Source of the DNA: Amoebidium appalachense
Taxonomy: Eukaryota > Protista > Ichthyosporea
DNA length: 64,000 nucleotides
NCBI GenBank assembly: GCA_963693365.1
Contig: CAVNZM010000004.1
Coordinates: 8,097,093-8,161,092, forward strand
Reading direction: 5' to 3'
Part shown: positions 52,310 through 63,874 of the stretch, piece by piece
Numbering within the stretch: the stretch's first letter is position 1
Layout: each line of letters opens with the position of its first letter
Notes under the pieces: generated by a model
Told to the model about the DNA's origin: nothing
The model's input: only the letters and a program-made list of their open reading frames with translations
Database searches by the model: none
Position numbers and translations under genes: made by a program

Positions 52310-53298
52310 ACTTTCTTCGCTAGTGGAGAGGGGGGTTCGTTATTCGAAATTCGAGCTAAACTGGTGACACTGCATGCTGTTGTGTAAGCCCGTGAATTAA
52401 GTGGACCACATGGAACCACTGTGCCCATACAACAGTCTAAAGTTCGTGGTGGTGGTGCGCCGGCAGCGAGTTTTATTTTACACGTTGCGATATTTGACGC
52501 ATCTACCGGGAGGTGAATACCTGTGGTGGTAATTAATACGCGAGAAACAGCTGTCTCCTCCGCACTCCCACGCAACCACCACACCGGAATACTGCACCTG
52601 CGATTTCCCTTAGCATACATGAACGAAAGTTCTGCAGCACCGTAATCAATTCGTCCCTGTTGTGGCCCCATGAAATCAACACCTAATAAGGCATCATATG
52701 GTAGATTATCAATCACATGCCATCTGTGCACCACTAGAGCAGATTCGTTGGGAATGGCGAGAGTGAGAGATATACTTCCTTGGCATGTCATTTCGTTACT
52801 TTGTGCATCCAGTACACTAAAATTAGGAACATGCTGAATTCGTTTTCTTGCCACTACAGGGAGAGATTCGTAAAATGCTGTGCTTATACAGCTATGGCTA
52901 GCACCAGAGTCGACAACTACTGTGACTAGCTTCCCATGCACATACATTCGCGCAAGTGTGGCTGTGCATTTATTTTCGTGGGTTAATGTGCACACAGTGG
53001 CATTTTCATGCCGTGGTTCTGCAATGGAGGAGTGCACACGGTCAGCAAAATGCACATTTTTCTTTTTGCGCGGGGGCGGGGTGTGCGTGTGCATGGGGGG
53101 GTCAGTACACGGGGGTAACTGTTCGTGGGGGGGTGGGGCACATGCAGATTCGTGGGAGGGCTCCGAGACAACAGAAATTTCCGCACCAGTAGATTTATTT
53201 TGCAATTTATCTGCCAGAGGGGAACACAGTTCCAGCTCTGCTATTAAATCAAATACATTATGTTCTACTGGGGAGAGACCAGTCCCTTGCCCGCCTTC
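52306..53298 (-). CDS. Aspartic protease region, in frame with gag after a TAG
   Basis: VVVDSGASHSCIS and ALLGVDFM motifs. The frame is open from the codon immediately after the gag TAG. Confidence 0.85.
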   Translation of the reverse strand, partial: EGGQGTGLSPVEHNVFDLIAELELCSPLADKLQNKSTGAEISVVSEPSHESACAPPPHEQLPPCTDPPMHTHTPPPRKKKNVHFADRVHSSIAEPRHENATVCTLTHENKCTATLARMYVHGKLVTVVVDSGASHSCISTAFYESLPVVARKRIQHVPNFSVLDAQSNEMTCQGSISLTLAIPNESALVVHRWHVIDNLPYDALLGVDFMGPQQGRIDYGAAELSFMYAKGNRRCSIPVWWLRGSAEETAVSRVLITTTGIHLPVDASNIATCKIKLAAGAPPPRTLDCCMGTVVPCGPLNSRAYTTACSVTSLARISNNEPPSPLAKKV

Positions 53299-55302
53299 CT
53301 ATTCTACACGTGCTCTCTTGAACTTGGCCCGATTAGCCTCAATCTCTGCCTTGCGGGTTCCCTTCTTAAAGTTGGGGTCGTACTTGGGGCAAATTGGTGA
53401 CCCCCCAAAGTGCCCCTTCTGCTTGCAGGAGTGGCATTCGAATTTGAGGGCCGGGCACGTCTTGCCTTCGGCGTGGCTGCCGTACTTGCACCCACGGTTG
53501 CAGGGGGTGGTGCCCATGCGCGAAAAAATAGACGGCTTCTCGCTGGCACCAGATCCACCACCGGGTTGCTGTTTTGTGGGGGGTTTCTGTGTTAGAATGG
53601 TGGATGGGGTTCGTGTGTGCCTGTCTCTTTCTTTTTCTGCGAGATAGGCAACAACTCCAGACAGGGTCAATTCTTCTTCTTTTCGTGTTTGTCTGAGTTG
53701 ATATTTGCGAAATTCTTGTTCGTCTTCCCCACCCAATCGGTGAGACAAATCCAAAATTTGGTGTGCCTCAGACTTAAGGGGGTACACACGTGCCCACAAA
53801 CGCGCATGCCTGCTTGCAAATTCGGCCACCTTTTGCTTGCCTTGTTTGAGTGCATTTAATTCGGCACTGAGTGCCTCTTGCACACGCTGGTCGTGAAATT
53901 TCGTAACTAGTGCATGTGCAAATGCATCAAACGTGAGTTCTCCCTGTGTCCTGGTAAAATTCGTGTACCACACACGGGCGGGGGAAGCAAGAGGAAAGCA
54001 CTGCACCGCCCAGCGAACAGCAAGTGTGGGGGGGACCCCTGCAATGCAAAACATCTGCTGGGAAAATTCGTGCAGCCATTCAATCACCGTGCATTTATCC
54101 TGCAAGTCACCCTTGTATTCTGGTAGTTTCAATGCAGCCAAGATGGGGCCGTATTCGGATGCATGCAACTGGCGGAGAGGGTGCAACCACAGTTTTTCGT
54201 GCTCTGCAAAGTGCTTGTTCAATATAGACCCAGCCTTACCTCCTGAGCCTGTGCTGACATCAGAGCCTCTCGGGCGACTTGGCGTGCCTGCCAGTCCACC
54301 TGCAGACGCCAGAGGGGATCCTGCAAGGGGGATTTCGTTAAATACGGGTGCTTTAGGCTGGTCGAAGTGATCTTCTTCATGCACTTTCGCAGTCATGTGT
54401 TCGTTTTCGTTTGTGGGTGTGTCTTCGTAACTTTGTTCGTGTTTTTCTTCATTTTCAGCATCAGAATCAGTGTAGCTGAGTGTGCGCGCAAGCACATCCT
54501 TATATGTAAATTTAGTGGGGGGTGCGGGAGGTGCAATTACCTTGGGATCAGTGCACCCAGATGGGACCGGGGACAAAGGCTTCTTGCCTGTGGTGGGTGG
54601 GGGAGGACGGGGGGTGGTGGGCACCGTCGTATTTTTCACACGTGCCTCAGCCACCAACTGTGCTTCCCGCTCCAACTCAGACCATTTCGCGGACGTGCAC
54701 AACATGATTCTAGACAGTGTGGTGTCTTCCATCTGCGAAATCTCACTGTAAATCTGCGCGACATCAGCTTCGAGGTCCATCACAGGCCGCCCAGCATCGA
54801 TTGCAGTTTGAATGGCACGTCTCAGAGTTTCAATACGATAGAACTTGGAGAGAACACGGCCCCGCACCTCTGCCAGAGCTGTGGCAGTGTCCCGGTCTTG
54901 TTTCGTTTTTTCCTTCGTTGCTACTTGAAGTTCGTTCGTGTGTTTGTTGGTGTTCGTGTGTTCGTTGGTGTTCGTATGTTCGTTGGTTTTCGTGTGTTCG
55001 TTGCGCTTCGTTTTGTCTTTGGGTTTCGTGCTTTCGTTGGGCTTCGTTTGTTCGTTGCCAGTGGGCTTCGTAGTTGCCTTTGTGTTCGTGTGTGTGTTGG
55101 GTTTTGTGATCGTGTTCGGTTTCTGGGGAGCACGAGGCTGTGTAGGGGGAGGGGTGGGGAGTGTTTTCGTGCCCTGCCCCGGAGTCTTGGCTTTCTTCTG
55201 CGTTGGGGGCGGCGGTTTGACTGCGGTAGGCTTCTTGGTGTCACGTGTCAGTTTGCTTTCATTGTCCGAGAGTACAGGGTAGTCGTCAAATTCGCCCGCC
55301 AT
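53299..55302 (-). CDS. gag: Gag with capsid-like region and zinc knuckle
   Basis: 667-aa ORF just after the PBS, containing LKQGKQKVAEFASR and CHSCKQKGHFGGSPIC. Confidence 0.9.
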   Translation of the reverse strand: MAGEFDDYPVLSDNESKLTRDTKKPTAVKPPPPTQKKAKTPGQGTKTLPTPPPTQPRAPQKPNTITKPNTHTNTKATTKPTGNEQTKPNESTKPKDKTKRNEHTKTNEHTNTNEHTNTNKHTNELQVATKEKTKQDRDTATALAEVRGRVLSKFYRIETLRRAIQTAIDAGRPVMDLEADVAQIYSEISQMEDTTLSRIMLCTSAKWSELEREAQLVAEARVKNTTVPTTPRPPPPTTGKKPLSPVPSGCTDPKVIAPPAPPTKFTYKDVLARTLSYTDSDAENEEKHEQSYEDTPTNENEHMTAKVHEEDHFDQPKAPVFNEIPLAGSPLASAGGLAGTPSRPRGSDVSTGSGGKAGSILNKHFAEHEKLWLHPLRQLHASEYGPILAALKLPEYKGDLQDKCTVIEWLHEFSQQMFCIAGVPPTLAVRWAVQCFPLASPARVWYTNFTRTQGELTFDAFAHALVTKFHDQRVQEALSAELNALKQGKQKVAEFASRHARLWARVYPLKSEAHQILDLSHRLGGEDEQEFRKYQLRQTRKEEELTLSGVVAYLAEKERDRHTRTPSTILTQKPPTKQQPGGGSGASEKPSIFSRMGTTPCNRGCKYGSHAEGKTCPALKFECHSCKQKGHFGGSPICPKYDPNFKKGTRKAEIEANRAKFKRARVE

Positions 55303-55339
55303 GGTTGAAGAGATTCTTGAAAGATGTGAGATTCTGGAA

Positions 55340-55353
55340 CTGCGCGGTCGCCA
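55340..55353 (-). promoter_or_regulatory. Primer binding site TGGCGACCGCGCAG, probably for tRNA-Arg
   Basis: Begins TGG 1 nt from the 5' LTR. Complementary to a tRNA 3' end ...CGCGGTCG-CCA of the eukaryotic tRNA-Arg(TCG) type; the identity is inferred. Confidence 0.7.
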
Positions 55354-55354
55354 A

Positions 55355-55964
55355 TGTAAACAGTTGAACTAGTTGGGATAAGGCAGAGAACAACTGAATC
55401 AGAATAAAGACAGAGAACGGGTAGTAAGGCACACGCGGCCAGGTTACTATTTAATGTGCTCGTTCAGAGTGATCCCCCGTACTGGGACGGCTTGTTTATA
55501 TAGCCCCCAGGTTCCGGATCATCTGGATGGGTGGCATTGATGCCTTCGTGACTTCTGACCAGTCAGAAGAGTGCGGTCGTCTTTATGTGCACACAGTGCA
55601 CCAATAACATGAAGCTAACTAAAAGGATAACTTTGTGGCAAATGATTGGTCAATACTTAAGCCCGTTTAGGTTTATGCAACTGGGTCTGATTTCCTTATT
55701 GGTTCCGTTCGTTTAGCTATAGATGTCGCCTCCGTAGTGGATGAGACTTGCATTCCTATCCTAGCGGTTCTCGAATTCTATTGGTTCATACTGACTGCAC
55801 GGCCACTGCATATTGCCGGCGCCGCGGCTCAGTCGTGAGCCGCAGCCCGCGGCTGTCGCGTGTGATATTGATCTGATCATATGTACACAATATCTACGTG
55901 ATCACTATGATATGTACAGTATATTCGTAATAGTAAACATGTACGGCGTGTACAGATGTTTACA
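55355..55964 (-). repeat. 5' LTR
   Basis: Direct repeat of 47723-48332. Confidence 0.96.
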
Positions 55965-55969
55965 AAGGG

Positions 55970-56900
55970 TAAGCTTCACATCGTGTCAAATATGTTTCAA
56001 CGGGAGTCTGTGATCCATCCTGCGAACCTTCTTCTCTACTATAAAACTTTTTTACGGCCGATTATCGAATATGGACTTCCGCTATTGGCCTGCGCCCCAC
56101 CTCGCGAGGCGGCCGTGGCGCTGAAAGAGTTCGACGATTTTCAGGGTACTGCGCTGCGCACTTTGTTTCGTACTCGGTTTGTGCTTCCCTTAATCAGTAT
56201 GTTTGGATTGTCGTCTGCTGTTTGTCGTATGGAGGAATTGTCTCTTCGTTTTTGTTTTCATTTAGTTAGGATACCTGATGGTCACCCTCTTTATGCTTTC
56301 TTTCCCCCCCCTCCCTCCATCCCTCTTCCCCCCCGATTAACCAACGCTACTTCTGAATGTCCTCAGCCTACCCTCTTTCAACCTGATTCTTCCTCTCGCT
56401 ATCTCACTCCCTCTTTCTTTTCTCTTCCTGTTTTTTCTGCCTTTTCGCGTTATTACCATATGCAGTATAAGTTTCTTTCTCGTTCTGATAGAGAAATCAA
56501 AGGTAAAACTCAGCCGGCATGTGTTATGTTCCTTAGGCAACACCCATCAGCAAACTTTGTACTGATCATTATCGCTTTTTGGGAGCTTTGGCAGGATATA
56601 TTTCTCCTGCTGTACGTATGGATACCACCCTAGTAGATAAGTCTGGTTGGTGCTCTGATGTTGATATTGCCTGGGAAGTTGTGCAGTGGCGTTGTAATTT
56701 TGTTTTCATCGCCGCTGGTGCTGTGCTGAACCTTTTAATCGCAAGCATGTTGATAGGTGTGAGTTTTTATGTCGCGTTTTACCTCTTTCCCTACGGGTGT
56801 CTGCTACACTGGCTGGCAATGTGACCACTTTAGACTTTTTGTTGAATTCTGTTGGTCGTCACATTGAGAATTTATATGATTTTACACAGTGTTCAGGTAT
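55970..56900 (+). pseudogene. Decayed LINE RT, 3' part
   Basis: YKTFLRPIIEYGLPLL continues the RT interrupted at 47722 and parallels [16 protein letters not shown] of the intact LINE. Confidence 0.78.
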
Positions 56901-57233
56901 CTCAGTATGCACTTGTTACTGGATAACTCGTGAAGTTTTTTTTATTGTTTTCTCAGTATGCCGTGCATACTTGCATATCTTTCCGTCGAATAAATCCAGT
57001 CAAAAGAAAAATTTCTCGGAAAGGGTGGGCGGGGGGGCCTCATCGTGTAATACACAAAATCCTGCTGCAGCTGCAAGCAGATCAATCCTGTCTTTTTGCA
57101 AAATTGCTCAGCAAAAGCAGAATCATGCAGAATAGTTCTCAGTGATCATGTGGTTAACCCCATAGCATGGGGGGGGGGGGGGGGGGGAGGAGAAGGGGGG
57201 CCCCGGGGGGAGGGGGGGAAGGGGGGGGGAGAA

Positions 57234-57270
<37 letters not shown>

Positions 57271-57534
57271 TGGTGGTGGTGGTGGGGGGGAGGGGGGGGG
57301 GGTATGAAGGGGGGGGAGAGGGTGGGCGGGGGGTTTACTCAGTGGCCTGGATAGATAAACGGACACCGCTGCCACAATATATGTATGCATACCGGCCAAG
57401 GTCGACCTTCGAATACAAACGAGCAGTATGTACGAGGCCTAAACAAGGGCTTGGTGTACAGATCAATCTGGTTTGAAGGTTTGACAGCTTCGATCAGCAC
57501 TTTTCGGACTTCGTCGATCTACACTGTCAGCAGA

Positions 57535-60329
57535 TGTTATGTGCAGGAGTTGTTGTGTCCCTTGTGTGTATACGTGTGTTGAAGTGGGTTCTTTGAACGG
57601 AGTTATAGGGAAAAAGGCAACGCGACACCAACACTGGGGGTTAACGGGAACTCACTCGTTTCCCTAGTAACCCTTTACCGTATCGGCTCCCTGCACAGCA
57701 CAGAGCGCAGGCTGATGTACGGGAAGGTGTCTTCAGGACACGTAGGCGCACTCATTGAATTCCTCATCTATATATGGAGCGCCAGGCTCGTATCCTATTG
57801 GCTACTATTTGATGGTATTTTACCCCATATGACGCAATCACACCACAGTACCCCCCCCTTAAGATCCTTCGTCCTCGAAGGAGTGAGTGATAGGGTGAGA
57901 TATGTGTGAAAAAAACGACATATAGTCATAAGCATCAGCTTACAATCTGTGTTGTGAGGAATGGTTCCTAACGAACCAATCACAGCCATGTGCTAAATTT
58001 TAGACGGGCAGATCCTGATCTTCCTGCACGTGGGGAAGAGGGGTCTGTGTCCGATCAAATTTAGACTCAAACTCAGCAATTAATTTTGCACATGACCTCA
58101 ATTGTGCTTTATCCATCCACACAGGATTATCACGGTCCGCTTTAAGACGGACCAGATATTTCTGTGTAGGTAGAGCACGCCGGTTTCGTAAAGAAACGGG
58201 GTGTTCTATCTTCATATCTAGAATGGCCTCTATTTCGACTTCATCATCTGCAACAATGTTCCAACCATGTGACTGACCAGTCACAGGGAGGTCATCATTG
58301 TTAGGCATAGCGCCACGTACAGAGAGAGGCACTTCTAGATTAATATCATTCACATTGAGAATACGAATATCATTTAAATCTTGCTTATTTCTGACCCTAT
58401 AAGCTAATTCTCCCACTTGCTTGACCACCTCAAATCCGTGGTGCCAACGAGGGGATAATTTACCTGGATGCTCAGAAGTATTTCTAATCATCACTGGGTC
58501 TCCTCTGAAAAATTTGCGAATTTTTGCAACTTGATCTGATTTGTGCGAATTATTCTTAGCATATCCAGGTGGCTTATTCATTTGCATATGCCGCACAATC
58601 TGAATTTGCCGTATCGCTTTTTCCCTTATAGCAGTCCACTCTGGCTGGGTTCCAGGAGGCAACAGAGAGACATCCGGAAAAAGTGTAGGATGTTGCCCGA
58701 ATACGAGATAATATGGTGAATATCCAGTAGCCGCATGTTGAGTACTAACCCTATACCCAAACATAATGGGAGCTAGATATTCGTCCCAATCATCCCCATC
58801 CAAATTCACATACTTACTAATGGCATCATTAATTGGTCTGTGAGACCTTTCGTTAATGGCATTAGTTTGAGGGTGATAGGCGGCTGTGTTTAACTTTGTG
58901 ATATTCAACATTTTACACAGCTCTAGCACTATCTCCGAGAGAAAATTTGCACCGCGGTCAGACAACAGTGACCTAGGTGGGCCATAAACATAACAAAATC
59001 TATCCAAGATAAGCCGTGCGGCAATTGTGGCAGCCGTTCCATCGGCTACCGCAAAGGCTTCTGCATATCTCGTAGGGATATCCATAATAACGATAATTTT
59101 GGTATTCCCATTTTTGGAAGGTTTAGAGGGAACGATTGTATCAATACTTATTCGTTCGAATAATTTTGTAGGAGTGAGGGATGGAGGTGGGGATGGTCTA
59201 ACTTTCATGTGTGGGTCAGAATTACGTGCCTGACACCCAACACACGAGCGCACCCACCTATGCACACACCTACTCATACCCGGCCAATAATACGCGCGCA
59301 ACGCTTTTAACGTGCGATGCACACCAAAATGGCCTATCTTATCATGCACACTCTCTAATAATTCGTGATATAAAGCCTCGGGAACAAACAACTTTCTCCC
59401 TCCAAAGAAAAATAATACAGGACATTATTTTCCACAAAACAGTGACGAGCAATGCGAGCGAGCTTTCTCCTTTTCGCATTACTAATACGTGGTGTGGGGT
59501 CCTCTACATTTTCTTCCATATTATTAGCGGGAGAAGTGTTATTCCGTGTGATATTTTGCGTTAATTTTTGCATGTATGCATGCTTTTTGGGTCCCCGTGG
59601 GTCTTTTGTAGACAACAAAGTACTTATCACCACAAAGGGGGTCATTACATTGTGCTGCTACGATCGCATCTCTCTGGTAGCCAGCCCCAGCTAAGGCAGC
59701 TATCTGCACAGGATGCGAAGGGGAATCTTGAGAGATATTGCCATTTTTGGAAGCAATATTATTAAGGTACAAAACATGCGAATTTTCTTCTGTATGCAGG
59801 GGGACCTGCACAACATGAAGAGAATTCGAATCTACTCTCTGTTTAACCATCACCGAACGAAGGGACCCTTCTAAACTAATTTCACAGGGACCGTTCGCTG
59901 GCGGGGAAAGGTTAACGCGAGTATGGGTGGCAGATATGCCCAAATATGGTAAGCAAGCCGCGACGTGCACTTGCAAAGGCATAGGGGTGTGAGCAGGAGC
60001 AGTGTATGAATCATCAGGAAAATAAACTGACGAGATCGCTACACGCTCCAACTCAGTATTCTTATCATAATGCACCCATCTATCTGCTTCCTGAGAGTGA
60101 TCTGCAGGCGGTTCGTCTGATTGGTCCTCAGCTGCATAAGGAATGCGACTGATACCATCAGCGTCCGGCAAGTCAGAACCTTTTTTATAAAATAACTGGA
60201 AGTCAAAGCCCTGCAGCTTTGCAGCCCAACGATAAATTCTATCATTGGCTATACGCGTGCCTCCAGTAATACATAAATTCGGCTTATGATCCGTATGTAC
60301 GCGAAATGTCCGACCATAGAGATATACTC
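57535..60329 (-). mobile_element. Decayed second Ty3/Gypsy element: RNase H end, integrase, divergent chromodomain and putative 3' LTR (~57535-57847)
   Basis: YLYGRTFRVHTDHKP, ADGISR, HDKIGHFG...CVGCQ, SDRGANF, AYHPQTNAINER, EIEAILD...[17 protein letters not shown] precedes TGTGGTG at 57847. The outer LTR boundary is tentative. Confidence 0.8.
58000..59391 (-). CDS. Integrase plus chromodomain-like ORF of the decayed Gypsy
   Basis: 463-aa ORF with HHCC and DDE motifs. Upstream pol frames are broken. Confidence 0.8.
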   Translation of the reverse strand: MFVPEALYHELLESVHDKIGHFGVHRTLKALRAYYWPGMSRCVHRWVRSCVGCQARNSDPHMKVRPSPPPSLTPTKLFERISIDTIVPSKPSKNGNTKIIVIMDIPTRYAEAFAVADGTAATIAARLILDRFCYVYGPPRSLLSDRGANFLSEIVLELCKMLNITKLNTAAYHPQTNAINERSHRPINDAISKYVNLDGDDWDEYLAPIMFGYRVSTQHAATGYSPYYLVFGQHPTLFPDVSLLPPGTQPEWTAIREKAIRQIQIVRHMQMNKPPGYAKNNSHKSDQVAKIRKFFRGDPVMIRNTSEHPGKLSPRWHHGFEVVKQVGELAYRVRNKQDLNDIRILNVNDINLEVPLSVRGAMPNNDDLPVTGQSHGWNIVADDEVEIEAILDMKIEHPVSLRNRRALPTQKYLVRLKADRDNPVWMDKAQLRSCAKLIAEFESKFDRTQTPLPHVQEDQDLPV

Positions 60330-60525
60330 GGGGTTTACGCTGTTTACTCGAGGCAAAGAGAACCAGTCTCAGGTATGGGGGGGGGGGGTTTTGCTCGGAA
60401 TATCCCCTCAGCGGTATATCATGATCACGTACATAGATGTCGGGTGGTGACTATATATCAGGGTTTACTTTCTCTACGAGACACCATAAAGACTACAAGG
60501 AGAAATCAATTAGTTGGGGTTCCCC

Positions 60526-60574
<49 letters not shown>

Positions 60575-60606
60575 GGGCTCCCCTCGGGACACTCGGTATC
60601 AGCTGG

Positions 60607-60672
<66 letters not shown>

Positions 60673-60679
60673 ACGTGCG

Positions 60680-63600
60680 CTATAATTTTGTAGTGATGTG
60701 TTTCTCAAGCCAATCAATACATCTAATAAACAGGTCGTAGTTACGCGTGTTTAGTATAAAATCAAGGATGTTGTAATTTACAGGTAGGCTATCTTTCTGG
60801 GTGTCTGTTGTGAATGTGACGTGTGTGTGTTGCGGTATTATGTGGTCTATCAAACTACATTTGGCGATACATGACCGGTTAAACTGGTGTGTGTGTGTGT
60901 TGTTTGGGCATGCAAATGATGCCACCTTATACTTATTAGATCTCCACTGTATAGCACGTGTACAGTAAAAGCGTGGTAATTGATCAATAATACCATCAGC
61001 TAGAGAAAGACCAGTTCTACAGGAAGGTAATATGTATTTAGGTGTTATACACTTGCGAGTGCCATATTTGGCAATATGGTTGAGGCGGTCAGTATATATA
61101 AAACGAGACATAAGGCTTAGTTTTTCAAGGTGTATGCTTTCATCGGGTCTAGTGTCGTTTGGTATCTTTTTCCATTTGTTATATTGCGTGATTATCTTGT
61201 GATTGTGTACATGTTTAATAAGTAAGTGGCAGTCCAAAGTCACACACACACTATTGCGGGGTTTATTTGTATTTGTGCCCAGGGGAGAAGGGGAGAGAGA
61301 GGGGAGGAAAGAGGGGAGAGGTGAGGAGGGGACAGGTCGGATAGAGAAGAGAGGGTGGGAGGGCAAATACTTCTTTAAGCGGCTTATGTGCTTATTGAAT
61401 TTCAGCGCGAGATAGGATACTCTAGCAGCTATTGGGACCAGACCATATATCGAGAGCGTTACAGGCCCAGGTTTACAACAGTTGTTAGATAGAAAGGAGG
61501 CAACTTCTGCTTCAAGGAAATTTGCCAAGGGTTTAAGCGCTCTAGTTCTCTCTTTCTTGATCCAAGCGGCGAGAAGGGGTAAACCATATTCACATGCCGG
61601 GAAGACAAAAGTGCGAATAAATGTAAGTCTAATAGAAGGATGGAGGGGTGTGTCTTTAAAAATATTAGCCGAGAAGAAAGCTAACCGCTTACGAGCCAAC
61701 TCTACCCTCTTTTCGACCATATGGGGAAACATAACACCAACAGAATCAACCGGAACACCAAGATATTTGTATTCTGGAACTATAGGTACAGGTTTAGATG
61801 ATAATGTAAATGTGTGTAAATTGTTAGCTATATCAGGTACAAGAACACCACATTTGTCTATGTTAAGGATCATAAGGTTTGCCTTGCACCACTCTGACAC
61901 TACATCGAACAATCTTTGCAGGCGTCTAGGGGTACGGGCAAGGAGGGACAGATCATCAGCATAGAGAAGTGCAGGCGGAAAGTTATTAATAGGGTCATCG
62001 TTTTCGGCGTAAATCTTGACAGCCAAATCATCTATAAATAGGTTAAACAAAAAGGGGCTAAGCAATGAGCCCTGCAAGAGACCTCTAGTACGAGCAAAAC
62101 CATATGAAAGATGCCCATTAACCACAGCTCTACCATAGGTTTGAGACAAGAGTGCTTCTAACAGAACACCAATGCAGTGTGGTACACCCCGTGCAGCAAG
62201 CTTTTCCCATAGGAGACCAGGGGAGACAGAATCGTAAGCAGTTTTCCAATCAATAAAGCCAACATATTGTGCACCAACTTGCATAGAATCGTGCAGTGCC
62301 ATTATTTGAACATAACATGAATTGTTTTTACGAAAAGCGGATTGGCATGGGTGTATGTGAAGAATAGATTGAAACCTAGGGTGATGTGCAAATAACCTAA
62401 GTAAGCAAGCTTCAAAGAATCTACGAACAACCTGGGTTAGTGTAATGGGGCGAAAGGATGATATGGGGCCCTCAGAGTCCTTCTTAACTATGGGGATCAC
62501 TAAGGTATCTAACCAAGATGACGGGACATGTCCACATTTAACACACCAAGAAAAGAGAGAGCTTAACATGATAGTAAGATCAGGTTTAATAGCACGATCA
62601 CTTTCCTTTTGTGGGTAGGAGGGAACAAGGATTTTAAGAAACCCAGCAGGGAGTCCATCAGGTCCACAAGACTTACTAGAGCTATAACTAGATATCACAG
62701 ACCATATGGCATCGGGACTGAAAAAGGGGAGGATCGATTCTATGGGGATAGATGGGTCTACAGGCCACACAATAGGTTTCTGAGCGGGGGTCCTATCTTT
62801 AAACAGTTCCGAGAAATACTTATCAGAGTCTATGAGGGGGTCTCCAGTGGTATCACCAATAATACGAGCAGGGGGGCCAAATCGATTCATACTAGCAAGC
62901 CGGCGCAAGCTTTCCTTTTGAGACAGGGGTTCACCTAGTCTAGCGGGAGTGGTGTTTGGTAACAAGAGAGCATCGGGATATTCCTTCCTACCACCGCCAG
63001 CATAATCACCGAGATCTATCAAATCATCAACAATAAAGTTAGTGCATGTATCTAGTACGAGATGTGAATCTGGCCTGGCTTGTGCAGATTCTAATAGGCG
63101 CATATATATAGGGTGTTTCGTAGCATAGCATACACATACATCAACTCTACCCCACTGTGACTTAAGCTGGGATAGACGGAGGCGAAAGGTGGGAGGGGGA
63201 GGGGGGAGCAGATCAAGGGAGATCTTAGGTAGGAAAAGGATAGGAGAGTGGTCAGATGACCTAGAGAGGTTAGGAGGGAGAGAGAGTTTTGACATGGTTG
63301 ATGGCCAAAAGGCCACTCCCCAGTCGGTGTTGTGGGCATGGGATATTTGAGGGAACCGCAAAGTGTGACTTTGGACATACCTTGCTAAAGGGATAGCACG
63401 CTCCGGGGGCTTAGATGGGTACCCGACACTCACTTGCAGTGTGTCTGTGTGGTGGAGTCGCGTGTTAAAATCACCTAAAATAACAGTGGACATTGGTAAC
63501 TGTGACAACTCGTGAGTCAATTCGACAACCGACATAGATGGTGGGTAATATACAAAAGTAAAAACATTAGAAAGAAACTCTATAGAAACCGAGAATTCCG

Positions 63601-63874
63601 TTTTTGCTACCGGTTTGCACTTCACTCTCACGTGTGGTGCGGCAAGTACAATAATGCCTCGGTTTTTCGCGTAACCGGGGTGTGTGGATGTGTCGACCAA
63701 TGTAGAGTTGAATTTGTGGTGGTTTTTAAACTGTGTTTCGCAAATCACTGTAAACGTGTGGTTGTTTGTCTGTTGTTGTATGTAGCTGATTTTATCGTCG
63801 AGTGTCCCGGGGGGGAGGCCCTTTTGGGGGCCCAGTGTCCGAGCATTCCAGAAGAAGAAGGATAAATTAGGCAT
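60680..63874 (-). CDS. LINE ORF2: APE-type endonuclease plus reverse transcriptase, 1064 aa
   Basis: WNARTL, ICETQ, ILGDFN, SDH (APE); GPDG, FRPITL, QGSLLSP, YADD, YKYLG (RT); Cys/His-rich C-terminus. Confidence 0.95.
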   Translation of the reverse strand: MPNLSFFFWNARTLGPQKGLPPGTLDDKISYIQQQTNNHTFTVICETQFKNHHKFNSTLVDTSTHPGYAKNRGIIVLAAPHVRVKCKPVAKTEFSVSIEFLSNVFTFVYYPPSMSVVELTHELSQLPMSTVILGDFNTRLHHTDTLQVSVGYPSKPPERAIPLARYVQSHTLRFPQISHAHNTDWGVAFWPSTMSKLSLPPNLSRSSDHSPILFLPKISLDLLPPPPPTFRLRLSQLKSQWGRVDVCVCYATKHPIYMRLLESAQARPDSHLVLDTCTNFIVDDLIDLGDYAGGGRKEYPDALLLPNTTPARLGEPLSQKESLRRLASMNRFGPPARIIGDTTGDPLIDSDKYFSELFKDRTPAQKPIVWPVDPSIPIESILPFFSPDAIWSVISSYSSSKSCGPDGLPAGFLKILVPSYPQKESDRAIKPDLTIMLSSLFSWCVKCGHVPSSWLDTLVIPIVKKDSEGPISSFRPITLTQVVRRFFEACLLRLFAHHPRFQSILHIHPCQSAFRKNNSCYVQIMALHDSMQVGAQYVGFIDWKTAYDSVSPGLLWEKLAARGVPHCIGVLLEALLSQTYGRAVVNGHLSYGFARTRGLLQGSLLSPFLFNLFIDDLAVKIYAENDDPINNFPPALLYADDLSLLARTPRRLQRLFDVVSEWCKANLMILNIDKCGVLVPDIANNLHTFTLSSKPVPIVPEYKYLGVPVDSVGVMFPHMVEKRVELARKRLAFFSANIFKDTPLHPSIRLTFIRTFVFPACEYGLPLLAAWIKKERTRALKPLANFLEAEVASFLSNNCCKPGPVTLSIYGLVPIAARVSYLALKFNKHISRLKKYLPSHPLFSIRPVPSSPLPSFLPSLSPSPLGTNTNKPRNSVCVTLDCHLLIKHVHNHKIITQYNKWKKIPNDTRPDESIHLEKLSLMSRFIYTDRLNHIAKYGTRKCITPKYILPSCRTGLSLADGIIDQLPRFYCTRAIQWRSNKYKVASFACPNNTHTHQFNRSCIAKCSLIDHIIPQHTHVTFTTDTQKDSLPVNYNILDFILNTRNYDLFIRCIDWLEKHITTKL

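Larger units (their letters stand above)
47723..55964 (-). mobile_element. Full-length Ty3/Gypsy chromodomain LTR retrotransposon
   Basis: Two 610-bp LTRs bounded by TGTAAACA...TGTTTACA. 5-bp TSD AAGGG (47718-47722, 55965-55969). PBS, PPT and gag-PR-RT-RH-IN-chromo domain order. Confidence 0.97.

Noticed and set aside
51591-55308. Long plus-strand ORFs (221, 255, 313 aa) within the LTR element
   Set aside because: Antisense shadows of gag/pol with no recognisable motifs.
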